Source of the DNA: Camelus dromedarius
Taxonomy: Eukaryota
DNA: 64,000 nucleotides
Reading direction: 5' to 3'
Assembly: GCF_036321535.1 (NCBI RefSeq)
Contig: NC_087447.1
Coordinates: 38,504,001 to 38,568,000, forward strand
Both the position numbers and the translations under genes were made by a program. Below, piece by piece: positions 23,535-35,759 of this stretch (position 1 is the first letter of the stretch; each line of letters starts with the position of its first letter). The notes under the pieces were generated by a model that saw nothing but the letters and a program-made list of their open reading frames with translations, did no database searches and was not told the DNA's origin.

Positions 23535-26292
23535 CTGTAAAACAAAGACCACAGGTATTGAATGAGGAGAGCTGGGCTCAGGGAACAGAGGGCTCTGACA
23601 CGGTGACACTATCCACCCCCACACCCTTACCTGCTGCTGAGGCTCTACCTGCCCGGTGTGGAGCCATTGGGCCCCAGGGTGGGGATCCCTGGAGTCCTGG
23701 CAACCCCAGGAGGTAGGGCTGTGTGCAGGCTGACCCACTGAGCCACATACCCCTAAGGTTTCCAGCTCAGCCCACTCCTTCTGCACGGGAGCCAGGCTCT
23801 GACCTGCACTCTCCTGGGATGGCCAGACCTCCATCTTGTGTCCAGCCTGGAGGGTGCATCGTGCTCTCGATGTCCAGGCGCCAACGGCAGCCACCCCCTG
23901 ACCCCAAGGATTGTCACCCTCGAGGCCTCTCCTGCTGTGGAGACTTGTACCCTGGCTCAGAGCCCCTTGGACAAGGAGGGCGAGAGGAAGCCTGGGCCAC
24001 ACCCCTGGACCACTCGTGGTAATCTAGGCACTTTGGACAATACTAAGGGTGCCCTTCAAGCCTGGGGACCCAAAATAATTATCAAATTCTTCCTCAAAAA
24101 ATTAACATTTGGAAAGAAGTCATTAAGTCATCATTGTGGGGAAAAATCAGAATTTTGTTAATCTTACTTTACTTCGAGGTTTGTTTGGGTTTTTATTTTC
24201 AAGTACACACTAGGGCTGAGGGGTACCATTTTCTTTTCAAGGCAGAAGCTTTCACAGGTCCAAATTCAGCTTTGGCTGGGGCTCCCCTAGAATGGATGCA
24301 GCTGAAGCTCCCCTTCCCCTGGCCTGGGCCCAGCAGTGCTCAGACACCACCAACCACTCTGCACAGAAAAGCCCATAATGTCACCAGCAGGGGCAGGAAG
24401 AGCTCTGGTGCTGACTGAACAGGTCTCTGAGTTCCAGATGGACAGAGCCCAGCTTGGCTGGCCCACAGCTCTGCCCCAGCCCTTAGCGTTGTTCTGGCAG
24501 TAGCTAGCATGTGTTTGGGATGAACCAGTGAACTTCTCCCTAGTTGGTGGGTACCTTGCCCAGAAAACCCCACAGCTCTGAAGGAACTGCAGGGAGGGGG
24601 ACAGAGGTGCCTCCAGGCAAAGATTATCCAAAGTGTCTGGTCTGGAGCACCTCTCCTGCAGCCAGGGAAGGGTGGCGGGGTGGGGGGCCTTAGAGAGGAC
24701 AGGAGCTTAGCCAGTCATCAGCTTGGCTTGGGCACCTACTGGGGGGGACGGGAGTGAGGCCCACAGGGCACCCCCCCAAGAGGATCACAGCCTATTCTGA
24801 GCTCCAGCTTCCCTGGGGGTCCCCCTTTTGGTCAGAGGAAAGAATCTGTGGATGCATGGACACCCCCCCACGCTCACAGGTCTGCAAGGAGAGCATTTTC
24901 AAGTCCCGACTGAGTGTTTTACATGTCTTATTGGAGATTTTTTTCCATTTGTTGAGAACGTATCCCTCACGCACTCCTAATTACATCTGCTGAGTGACCA
25001 AGAGAATATGCCTGGCACAAAGTCACGTATGAGACACAACCTATCTATCTCCCAAAGGCCAGCGCCGTTTCTCCCATGACCTGGGTTTCCTGACCTCAGC
25101 ACACTGCTCTTCCTCCAGCCGGCCCCATCAGGCACGGCCACCAGCTGCCTGCATTCCTCCATCTCCCCCTGGCTCACAGGCCCCAAGATCCACTGCGTTC
25201 ATAGCCTTCACACATCTCGAGTCCTTCCACGGTCTCCTCACTGGTTGCCCCGTCTCCAGTATGTTCTTGCTTTTTCCCCGTCCACCCTCCACATCGCTGC
25301 AGATCTGACCATATCTATTTTCCCTGCCTAAACCCTGCAATGGCTCCTCACAATGTCCATGGTAATTTCTTAATTCCTGAAGTTTGTCTACATGGACCAC
25401 ATCATCTAGCTTTTTTTCTTTGATTTTTAATTTCAGAATATTACATGCTTTTTGTGGAAAAATTTAGCATCACAGAAGCACACAATGTAAATGTTGAGCA
25501 TTCCACTCAGTGTTTAGCATCTACCTGCCTTCTGCCACCTCTTTCTCCAGAATGTTAGTTTGGTGCGGATCATTCCAGACCTTTTACTATATGTATACAC
25601 ACGTGTGCGTGCATGTACGTTAGATACAGCTTTTCCCACAAAAATCTGCATCATGCTCAATATCTTATTCTGCACCATTATTTTTACATTTTTCCCTTAC
25701 TGTCATATCATAGGAAAGTTTCCACGTTAAGTACCTACGGTATCATAGCTGTCTTTCTGTTGATTTTTAAAGTGTTGTAGGTCTTCAAATTAGGGTAAGC
25801 CAGGGCAAGACTAAAAAGAAATCCAAGCGTGAGATCCAAGTAATGAGATACTGTCTGATGACAATCCTTTTGCCTTTGAAGAAATACTTTACTAAAAAAT
25901 AAAATCCATGTGGATGGAGTTCAGGGGGCCACCCGGTTAGCTGGCCCTGCGGGTTCACCTTGTATGACGATTAAATCTTGGCTTTCAAGTCCCAAATAAT
26001 GACATACTGATTTTGCTTTTGCAACACATAACTCAACAAAAATTGCTGAGGCCTTCCGTTAATGTTTATTTATGGGGCTGAAATTCCATCTGTATTTTTT
26101 TTGAGCCATGGAGGCTCCAAGGATGGTGGGGTCCACATGTACGGGCATTAGAACAGCTTCTTCCTGTAAATTACAGAGCTTTCATCTCATAGTTATACAC
26201 CATCTACATGATCAACAGCTTATTGTTCCTTGTGTACATTTAATGAAATAACGCAGGAACGTTCTGGAAAATGTATTTAAGAAATGAACTAT

Positions 26293-26415
26293 CTTTCTTT
26301 GGGGGAGGGCATTAGGTTTACTTACTTACTTAATTTAATGGAGGTACTGGGGATTGAACCCAGGACCTCATGCATGCCAGGCACACACTCTACCACTGAG
26401 CTATACCCTCCCCCC
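26293..26415 (-). mobile_element. tRNA-Ala-derived SINE (camelid Vic-1 type)
   Basis: Minus strand ggggagggtatagctcagtggtagagtgtgtgcctggcatgcatgaggtcctgggttcaatccccagtacctcca, then AT-rich tail and aacctaa; A and B boxes present. Confidence 0.85.
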
Positions 26416-27817
26416 TTAAAATATTTTTCTTGAGGCATCAAGATTCTCTAGTAGAACCAAAGCTCTACAGGATTGAGGAGTGTCTGGCTTGTCCATGGCC
26501 ATATCCAAGTGCAGTGGATGCTCAGTAAATTGGTGAAAATGCAAAGCCACACCTTTTTTTTGTTGTTGTTGTTGGATGTATGTGTAGAATTCCATAGCAT
26601 GAATGTTCTCTCCTTATTTAAAGGCTTACGTAGCTGGGTGAGCCTTGGATGGGGGCACTGAGGTGCCAGGTAGTTTACATTCTGAAGATTGAAGGACCCA
26701 AATTCAGAGTAAGCAACCTAAAATTCAGATTTAAATGAAAAGCTGTTTTAATAAGTTTCTCAGACCCAGAAAGGATCTTTCAAGAATCCTTCGAGCCCTC
26801 ACACATCTCCCCTAGGACCGTTGTCAGAGTATTTCAGGGCACTCACACTTCATGGCTTGTTTGGATGACGCTAGCACTTGCCCAGAAATATGCCAACTAA
26901 AATAAAAAACCTCCAGGAAACTACAGGTCACGTGTGTCCACCTACACGGGAACAAGTTGTTTCATTTTGCTTCTGGTCAACATATTGTGAAGATGTTATA
27001 GCTGTACTCAGACTTCCCAGCTACAGGTACCAAATGGGACGATTCCTGAAAGAGGGCATGGGCTGAGGTCAGATCCGGAAAAAGGAGGGTTTGTGTGGAG
27101 AGGAAACAGGCCTGGGACAGGTCAGAGGCAGAAACCACGTGGATATCAGGAGATGTCAAGTCTGAGCAGAGCAGAAAGGGAGAATGTGAGTCTGGGGGGT
27201 CGGGCGGGGGCTGGTGTCTGAACAAACCTTACCCCACACTGACCCTCCCAAGCCCACTGGGGCCCGCAGCGGAGGCGGGAGGGAGGACCCACAGCAGCAG
27301 CGAGTCTGTCACCTCCCCAGGTCCTCGCTTCTCCCCTCCTCTCTGTTCCTGTACCTTGCTGGCTCCTGATCGTCTGCCTTTGTCTCCCAGGCCTGAACCA
27401 CAGCCTGCTTCCTAAGGCCCTCTTTGCTCCGGGCGGCACTGAGGCTAAGCTCCTTCCTGCCCGTAGCATGTCCTGCCCCAGACCGGCAGTTTGGGAGCTG
27501 GCCCAGCCAGCCTGCCGCCTCCCAGCAAGTACAGAAATGGGATGCCATGTACGATCACAGAAGGAAAGGAATCAAAGCAAGTAGAAACAATAATAATATC
27601 AACCGTAATCTGTTGTTTTTAAGTGCTAGGCACCTTATTAATTACCTTATATAGAGTATCTTATTAAATCCTTATATAGTTTTTAACCCTTGGAAACACA
27701 TTTCTTTTGCCAAATTAATTACATACTTAGTCAATAGCAGGTCTAGAATTCAAACCTCGGTCTGACTCCGGAGACCACACTTGTCACCCTGTGAACCCAG
27801 ATAGAAGGGACTGGGAG

Positions 27818-27982
27818 AGGAGGGAGAGCGTATATAGCTCATTGGTGGAGTGCGTGCTTAGCATGCATGAGGTCCTGGGTTCAATCCCCAGTACCTCCAT
27901 TAAAATAAATAAGTAAATAAATAAACCTAATTACCCCCCCAAAACAAAACAAACAAACATAAATAAAATTAAAAAAAATAAA
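27818..27982 (+). mobile_element. tRNA-Ala-derived SINE (camelid Vic-1 type) with 15-bp TSD
   Basis: tatagctcattggtggagtgcgtgcttagcatgcatgaggtcctgggttcaatccccagtacctcca, A-rich tail; TSD agaagggact(g/a)ggag at 27803-27817 and 27983-27997. Confidence 0.88.
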
Positions 27983-28319
27983 AGAAGGGACTAGGAGGGT
28001 TAGTTGTGGGGCAGGAGAGCGGGGCTTTCTAGAGAAGTCAAGCCCCACCCCTCCCCGCCGTCTGTGCTTCTGCTGCCCTTAAGGGCATGTCCTAGTCTCC
28101 CCTGAGTTCTGAATATTACAGCCACCCTGGGGGGATGGTCATAACAGTGTTCACAAATGTTCATGTCAAAGCTGTCCTGAGAACTGGTGCTGATAAAGAG
28201 GAGGCAGCACAGGGTCCCTGAGTTGGAGAGAAACTGCTGCTACCAAAGAGAAGGAAAGTCAGTGACACTAAATGCACGGGCAGTGATCCACGTGCGTGCA
28301 CGTGGAGACCCCCACCCGA

Positions 28320-28500
28320 TTATGCATTTCCCCATTCGTCAGTGTTCCTTACGAAGAACTTTGGGAATAGCTGCCATTTCATTTTGCAGATGAGGAAGCT
28401 GAGGGTCAGAGAGGTCAAGTGACTTGTAAAGACCATCCAGTAACCATGATTCCACTGTAGATGTGTCTGACTCCAAAATTCACGCTCTTTCCACTTATCC
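28320..28500 (-). mobile_element. MIR SINE
   Basis: cattttgcagatgaggaagctgagggtcagagaggtcaagtgacttg. Confidence 0.7.
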
Positions 28501-29089
28501 TGATGATTCTTCCTCTCCGTCTCCCTCTGGTTCCCTCCTGTATCTTGTTTGTTTTTCAGCAAGACCATGGCTGCCCCTGGCTGACAGTTTTCTCCAAGGA
28601 GCCCTTGCTTTGAGGCACAGGGTCCCCCGATTCCCACTGGGAGGGCAGCACCTGGCATCTTGTGTAAAGACTCAGGTGAGCAGTGTTTGGTCCCATTATT
28701 TGTTTCTACCCTTTCCCAGAATCCCCACTTACCAACCATTAAAAAATATCAGACCTGATGGCTTCCACCTCTGAAGGGGACTTTTTCATCCCTCGGTGAG
28801 TGTCCTGGTGATAAGCAGCAGGAAATGAGCCATTTTATGAGGCGATAATGGGGCTATAAGCATCTTTAAAATCAATTGTGCCCAGCATCGCCTCCTATCA
28901 TTTCAACAGGGTCTGGGTTTCTCGGGTCATATATAAAAACAGACAGCTCATATTCGGCGGCGCTCTACAGTTTGCCCGTGGTCTCACGTGGGCTGCAAGT
29001 AGCCCCCTGAGGTGGGCAGGCCGATGGTCCCCCTTTTTCAGATGAAGTAACTGAGACTCACCTCTCTCTGCAGCCAATGGCCAGTGCCC

Positions 29090-30360
29090 AGCTTGGAGCT
29101 TCTGTGACCATTTGACGCAGCTGGTGGCTCCCTCTGCCTTGAAACCCTTTCCACCTGCCTCTGGCACTTGCTGCCTCTTCATTTTCTTCTCACCTCTTCC
29201 ATCCTCAGTCTCCCTCACTGACCCCTCCTCATCTTCCTCTAAACACATGAAGTGGTCCAGGACCCCAGCCCTCTGGGCTCTTTTCTCTCCACCTGCTTGG
29301 CCGTTTCCCCTGGTCCCCTGCCTTAAAATACCAGCTGTGTGCACACTGATGACTCCTGCATTTTCACCTTCACCTCAGCCTCGCCTCGCAACTCCAGCTT
29401 GTCTATCGACTGTGTGATGCTGTCACCTGGATGTGGAATTGGTGTCTCAAACTCACTGTGTCCAGAACCAAGCTCCCCAGGGATCTTCCCTCCCCAAACC
29501 TGGCCTCTCTCATTCTTCCCATTCCATTAATGGCATTGCCGTCCTTCTGGTTTCTCCTCCTTGATGCGTCTTTCTCTCACCCTCCCCGTCGGATCCTTCT
29601 ACACATCTGTCAGCTCCACTTTAAAACGTATTTATGAGCCAACCACAGTCTGTCACCTGCCCTGCCACCACCTTGGCCCAAGCCACTATCATCATTCGCC
29701 TAGATTATTGCAGTTGCTTCCTGGGTGACCCCTCACCTCTTCCCTCGCCCTCCTTCCAGCTCGTCACCCAACAGTCATATCAGGCCATTCCTCTGGTCAA
29801 AATCCTATAGTGGCTTCACATTGCACAGCAAATGGGGACCTTGCCGTGGCCCCCACGGCCCTTCATGATCTGCTCTGCATCCCAGCACCCCCTGCTCCGT
29901 TACCTCACTGACTTCATCTCTCACTGCTCCCCCCTTGCTCACTTTGCTCTAGCTGCCCCGACAGCTTTCCTCCAACATGCTGGGCACACTTCGTGCTTGC
30001 TGTTCTCTGTGCCTGGAATGCTGTCCTCCCAGATAGCAGAGCACTCGCTCTCCTGCCCCCTCCAGGTCTTTGCTCGAATGTCACCTTCTCAGTGAGGCCT
30101 CTGCTGACCACACTATTCAAAATAGCAATTCCCTGCCCCTTCCTCAAACTGCTCCCCGCTCATCACTTCATCTGATGATCTTTTCTCTGTAACGTTTGTC
30201 ACCATCTGATATATCACCATCTGATACACAGTATATTGTGCTTACTTACTTTTTAGCATCTATCTGCCCCATTCCAGGCGGGCAACAGCTTTTGTCTGTT
30301 TTGCTCACTCACTGCTGGACTATCAGTGTTTAGAACCAGTGCTTGGAATGTGCTCAGTCG
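29090..30360 (+). mobile_element. Long L2 (L2a-like) fragment
   Basis: ggcccaagccactatcatc...gcctagattattgcag...gcctggaatgct...aatgtcaccttctcagtgaggcct...agaaccagtgcttgg. Confidence 0.75.
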
Positions 30361-31849
30361 GAATCTGCCGGATGCACGAGAGGCTGTGACGAGGAAGGGG
30401 CTGCTGTCCTTCTGAGCCCCTGCCCACCAGCAGCCCGCAGCCGAGGGTGGCGCCAAAGCTGGGTGGGGCGACCCTGACAGACCTGGGTGCGGAGCTGCTG
30501 GGCGCTGGAAGAACCGGGGCGGAGTGCCAGCCGGGGAGCCCTGCTGGGCCTGCCTGGTGGGAGAAGGAGGGAGAAGGGACAGGACCCTGAGGCCACTTTA
30601 GGGATCAGGGTCAGAGCTCACAGGCTCTGAGTCTGTGTCAGATGGACACCGCAGTGACCTGGGCTGGCCGTTTATAAGTGTCCATAGCCTGCCTTGTCCC
30701 CAGGAAGCAGCTGCCAGCACAAGCTGCTGTCTGATCAGCTATTCCAAAGCCAGAGAAGGTATCTGAAGCCCATTAACAGATCCACAAGAAGATGATGTGG
30801 TTTCACAGAAGCATTTCAAATTCAATTTCTTTTTATTTCTTTTCAAACATAGCCTGTAATTCCGATGGGAAAATGACATAATGCCCGGAGATGGTAATTT
30901 CCCTGTGAGACGGCTTTGTGAAAGCATCTCTGGAGCCGAGGGGAAGGGCCCACCAGGGCCTGGGCCTGCCCCCTCATGCCTCTGTTACCCCTCAGGTCAT
31001 ATGGTGACGTCGGGCGTCACCATATGACCTGAGAGAGAGGGCCAGCCTCCCACGTGCCTCTGTTACCACCGGCACTGATTTAGTTCGTTCTTTGCTGACC
31101 GAAGTGCCAACCCTGGGTTTCACCTCATTTTCTGGACTTTCATCGTGTCTTTTAGAACGCTTATGGAAGTCTGCCTCTCCTCCAAGTCAGACAGGGAGCT
31201 GAAGAGGTCAGTGGGGCGGGTCTGCACCTCCCATCCCAGCCCCTCATGACCTGACCTTCCCAGGCCCTCCTACCCTTCTCAAGCAATGAGAAAAAGGTTA
31301 GTGCTGGGGCCAGAGTGGAGAAGTAAAAGAGAGGCTAGGCCAGGTGAGATTCTGACATCACACAGGACAGAGCACGTGAAGCAGGGGCTGTCTGCTCCCC
31401 AAGGGGCGGGGGCTGCAAGGGAGCGCAGCTGTAACCGGGGAGGGAAGGTGAGCCGGCAGGTCTGGCTGAAGGTGCCTCTAAGGCAACCGGTAAGGGCAGC
31501 GCCCCAAGCCCTGCCTCGTGGGGGCATCTCTGGGGGTCTTAAAGGATCTGACACCCCATGGCCTTCTTCTCTGTCGCCCCTTCCTCCCTTTCCTCTGAGG
31601 ACAACTTGTATCTAGTCCCAGAAGCCATTGTTAAAACAGGGGCAGGACTGTGTCTTCCTGGTGTCCTCAGCACTAGCCTGGTCCAGCGGAGGTGTGCAGG
31701 GAATGATTAAGGAATAAATAATGGATTAGTTAATTACACAATTAATTCATGACAAGCTAGAGGAAGCCTCTGGCCTTAGCTGCCCTCCCAGGGGATCTGA
31801 GGGGCGCTCCGTGGGACTCGGATGCTGCTGAAGGTTTGTGAGTAGCAGT

Positions 31850-33180
31850 GCCAGGATCTGATTTATGAGTTCAGAGGACTGTGGACTGCAGGCTGTGGTG
31901 GGAGAGTAAAGGGGAGCAGGGCAGGGGGAAGCCAGGAGATGACATTGGACCAGAAGAGAGCAATGGAGTGGGTGGGAAGATGTCAGATGCAAGACATTAT
32001 TTTAAAGGAGAAGCAACAGGATCAGCTGATGGATGGGATGGGGGATATAAAACAAAGAGGGGTCAGGGCAGACTCCAAGGGGAGATGTCATGTAGGCAGT
32101 TGGATATATGAGGCTGGAGTTCAAGGGAGAAGTCGGGAGGATCCAGGCAGGAGATAAATTTGAAAGTCATCAGCCTACAGGTGCTAGTTAAGCCATAAGG
32201 CGGAGTACCTGGGCAGCGAGCGGAGACGGGAGGGTGGGGAAGAGCCAAAGAGCCAGAGAAGGAACAGCCAGAGAGGCATGAGGACACTAGGGCCAGCCCT
32301 CAGGGCCTCTTCAGAGCCTTTGTGCTGTCCCCACTGTCCTCTGCTGCCCCCTCCCCAGTCTCCCCCTTGTCCCCCTACTGCTCCCACTGTCTCCCTGCTG
32401 CCCCCTGCTGTTCTCTCTGCCCCCCCACCATCCCCACTGCCCCCAGTCACCGCTCCCCGCTGCCTGTACAGTCCCCACGCCCGCCAGCCCTGCCACTGCT
32501 TGCTCACTGCTGCAATCCCAGCCTCACTGGTCACTGCTGAAAATTCAGCTGGAACAGGTTTAGGAAAGACAAGGAAGCCAGGGAGGTGGAGCCAGCATCA
32601 CCCCCTGCTGTGAAGGGGAGTCGAGGAAAATAGCAGTAGCAGGGAGGACACCTGACTATTTTTACAAGATGAGTGATATCAGGGCAAGTTTGTATGGAAT
32701 AGGGTATAATCCAGTATGGACAGAGAAATCGCTGTTGCAGGAGAGAGAGAGGGTGCACCTGCAGGAGGGAGGTCCCAGGCCCAAGATGCAGGCGTGACCT
32801 TCCAGCCACTGCAAGAAGAAGGCAGAGGACAGTAGCTACTGATGCTCAGTTATGGGCATTGCCGGGGGCCACGCGAGGATTCATTCGTCCAGCAAATAAT
32901 GACTGAACCCCTGCTCTGTGCCAGGCTCACTCTGGGCGCTGGAGACAGAGCCCCGAACAAAAGAGACACCAATCAATCCCTGCCCTCATGGAGCTTTCCT
33001 CCTAGAGCGGGAGGCAGACGGAAACAAAGGAGCAGTGATGGGTGTGCCAGCCCTGATGGCTCTCTGGGGAAGACACTGCAGGGGCGGGCGAGAGGGAGGC
33101 CAGGGTCGGATGGGGACGGATGCTGCAGTTTTTAGTAGAGATATAAGCGCGAATGTGTATGTAAGGATCAGGAGAGAACT
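31850..33180 (-). mobile_element. Antisense L2 fragments interrupted by a C-rich low-complexity block
   Basis: ggatatatgaggctggagttcaagggagaagtc...ataaatttgaaagtcatcagcctacag; cattcgtccagcaaataatgactgaacc. Confidence 0.55.
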
Positions 33181-33394
33181 TTAACAAGAGGAAAACATAC
33201 CTTACATACTAAGGTAAGGTCTTCAAAATTAAAAAAAAAAAATAGCATAACCATATAGTAGGAAGTTAGAGAGAGAGAAGCCAAAAAGAAATACCCAGTC
33301 AATATCCAACCATCCTCACCCAACAGCTATCATCAATTAGGACGGTCATTTCTGTACCTGTGGGTCTTGGTCACATAGTTGAGACACAGCTTGC

Positions 33395-33396
<2 letters not shown>

Positions 33397-33446
<50 letters not shown>
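33397..33446. repeat. (AC)25 microsatellite
   Basis: Perfect dinucleotide run of 50 nt. Confidence 0.97.
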
Positions 33447-33448
<2 letters not shown>

Positions 33449-35035
33449 ACTTTATCTCTACTATTTCCTTGTATCATGGTTACTAGACTCTTACACAAGT
33501 AGATTATTAAAGAAAACATGCTGTACCTTGCTTTCTATTTCTAATATATTTCAGAGATAATCTCATTACTGATATAGCTCTTTTAACGATGAACCCAGAG
33601 ACCACAGAGCAATATAAGAATACACATGTATATAGTTTTGTCTCTCTTTTTTACATTGTTATATAGTCTTTTGGGTTCATCTATTTGTATAATAATCTAG
33701 CTACCACGTTACAAAGAAATGGGAGAGGTGGAGAAAATGTGTGCAGTGTGGTGTGTGTGTGTGCGCTTTTGTTTCTAATTGCCTAAAGTACCTCTGAAAG
33801 GAACATAAGAACTTGACAAAAACCGGGTGCCTCAGGGGAGAGAAACTGGGCATCCAGGGAGCACAGAAAACAAGACTTCGCTGTATAACTTTATATAGCA
33901 CTTTGGTTCTGAGCCATGCAAACATATTGCCGTTAAAAAAAAAAATAGGAAGAGAAAGCCATTCTAAGGCTATTCCCCCCAGTTTTCTCATCTGGAGAAA
34001 AATCCACGAAGGCTTTGGAGGGAGTGTTTGGAGCTCCGTGCTGCACGTGACGGGGGGGCAGAGGGAATGTCTGGAGGTGATGGGCTCGGAGCCAGGACAG
34101 AGGCCAAAAAGGTGGGGAGAGGGGACAGAAGCGCCAGGGCAGGTGCAGAATTGATAAGACATCTGATGGGTTCTTTACTTGACAATCTTAAAGCCTGTTA
34201 GGCTTTGTGAGGCTTTATCATCTTTAAAATAAAAGCTGTTTCAAAAAGAAACAAGAATCCACCTGCACAGCAGCATCTCCCTCTCCTTGTTCCTTGGAAG
34301 AAGCTTCCGACCCAGGTAGCCTACTGTCAAGCCTCTTTTGTTGGGTCCTTAAATATAATAACATTTCCCTTCATCATCTCCCTCCATCCACTGATTTCCA
34401 TAAAAAGCTTTCAGATTATTAAGTAATGAAGCTCTAAATGACCTGGACAGGGAGAAGGAAGCACGCCTTAAGGTGCTCAGCACGTTACCATCAAATATGG
34501 TTCCAGAAACGCTGCTTTCTTAAGTGGTGCTATTTAAATGCAAAGGAACAGCTCGATAAGCTGTAAAAGCTTAACTCTTTTCATTCCTGAGACCCCCCCA
34601 CCTCAAAAATCGTAGAGGTCTGGAGACAGACTGGGGAGGTAAGAAGAGAAACTGTGTTGGGCTGACACCAAAGGGGTGTCCTTACCAGGAGTTTAAGGTC
34701 ACACACACACAGGCTGGTCTCTGGCAGGCTCGCATGGTGACAGAAGGTTCCCTGACTGTGAAATCCCCTTCTAGTTACTACTCTGGCAACATGGAGCAGG
34801 GGTTCAGGAGCAGTGTGGTGGACTAAGGCAGACCCTGGTTCAAATCTGGGCTCTGCCATGTACGTACTGTGTAAGTTTGGGGAAGTCACTCACCCTTTCT
34901 GGGCAGGTCCCTCATTGTGTACAGCATATATTTACTGAGCTCCTTCTACGGTCAAAGACTGTGCTGGGCAAGGGGCATCGGGCAGGGGACAAGGAGACAT
35001 GCTCCCTGCTCTTGTGGGGCGTGTCCACTGGCAGG

Positions 35036-35429
35036 TGTGACAGATGAAGAGAGTGAAGCCATTTCCAATAGAACCAGAAAGACCATTTGAGAGGAACTGT
35101 TTTCTCAACCTCTGAACTGGACCAAACCGCCAATATTCCAAGAAGTCAGCAGGAATAAGACTGTCCTGTAGAACGGACTGATAAAAGCGAACTTTTACCT
35201 CGTGACCACCCCGCCTGAAGTACGAATCTGGCTTTGCTTGTCAGCACCCATGAGCTCTTCTTAAAAACAACTTAATCCTTCTTCTTTTTTCCATAAAAGC
35301 CCCAATTCTCTCTTGTAAGCGGGAGGCTATTTGCGTTTCTACTTGAATCTCTGTACCCCAAACTGCAGTTCTTTGATCCCGAATAAATGCTTTGTCTCTT
35401 GAATTGGTTTCTTATTTTTCAAGGTGACA
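35036..35429 (+). mobile_element. Solo ERV LTR (ERV1-like; family unassigned)
   Basis: TGTGAC...GTGACA termini, TATA-like cataaaa near 35292, AATAAA near 35382, candidate 4-bp TSD cagg/ctgg. Confidence 0.6.
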
Positions 35430-35759
35430 CTGGGCACGGGGCAGAGAGCAGTGGACAAGGCAACACTGTCCCTGCTTTTGTGGGGCTGTCCTCTAGTGGG
35501 TTAACAATAGCACGTGAGGACAGAACGAGATACGTGTAAGGAAAGGACCAGGTAATGGGAAGGAAAGGGGCAGCTCGGATTCCTGAGTCATGTTTGCTGT
35601 CTCCACCCCTTTCTCTCTGTGGCATCGGCACTTCTGCCTGACCTACTTCAGCCTCATCTCCTGCTTACCTGTCATGCCCACACGTCTCAAGGCTGCTGAG
35701 TCCCTCTGCCTAGAATGTCCTATGTCTTAAGCAGCTCCTCCTAGGAAAAGCCCTCCTTC

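Noticed and set aside
27820..27900. Apparent tRNA-Ala(AGC) gene (also 26340-26415)
   Set aside because: Mismatched acceptor stem, A-rich tail and TSD show these are SINE copies, not tRNA genes
30437..30455. Further CTCF-like words (ccgagggtggcgcc; also about 24385 and 31800)
   Set aside because: Spacing or key core positions deviate from the consensus
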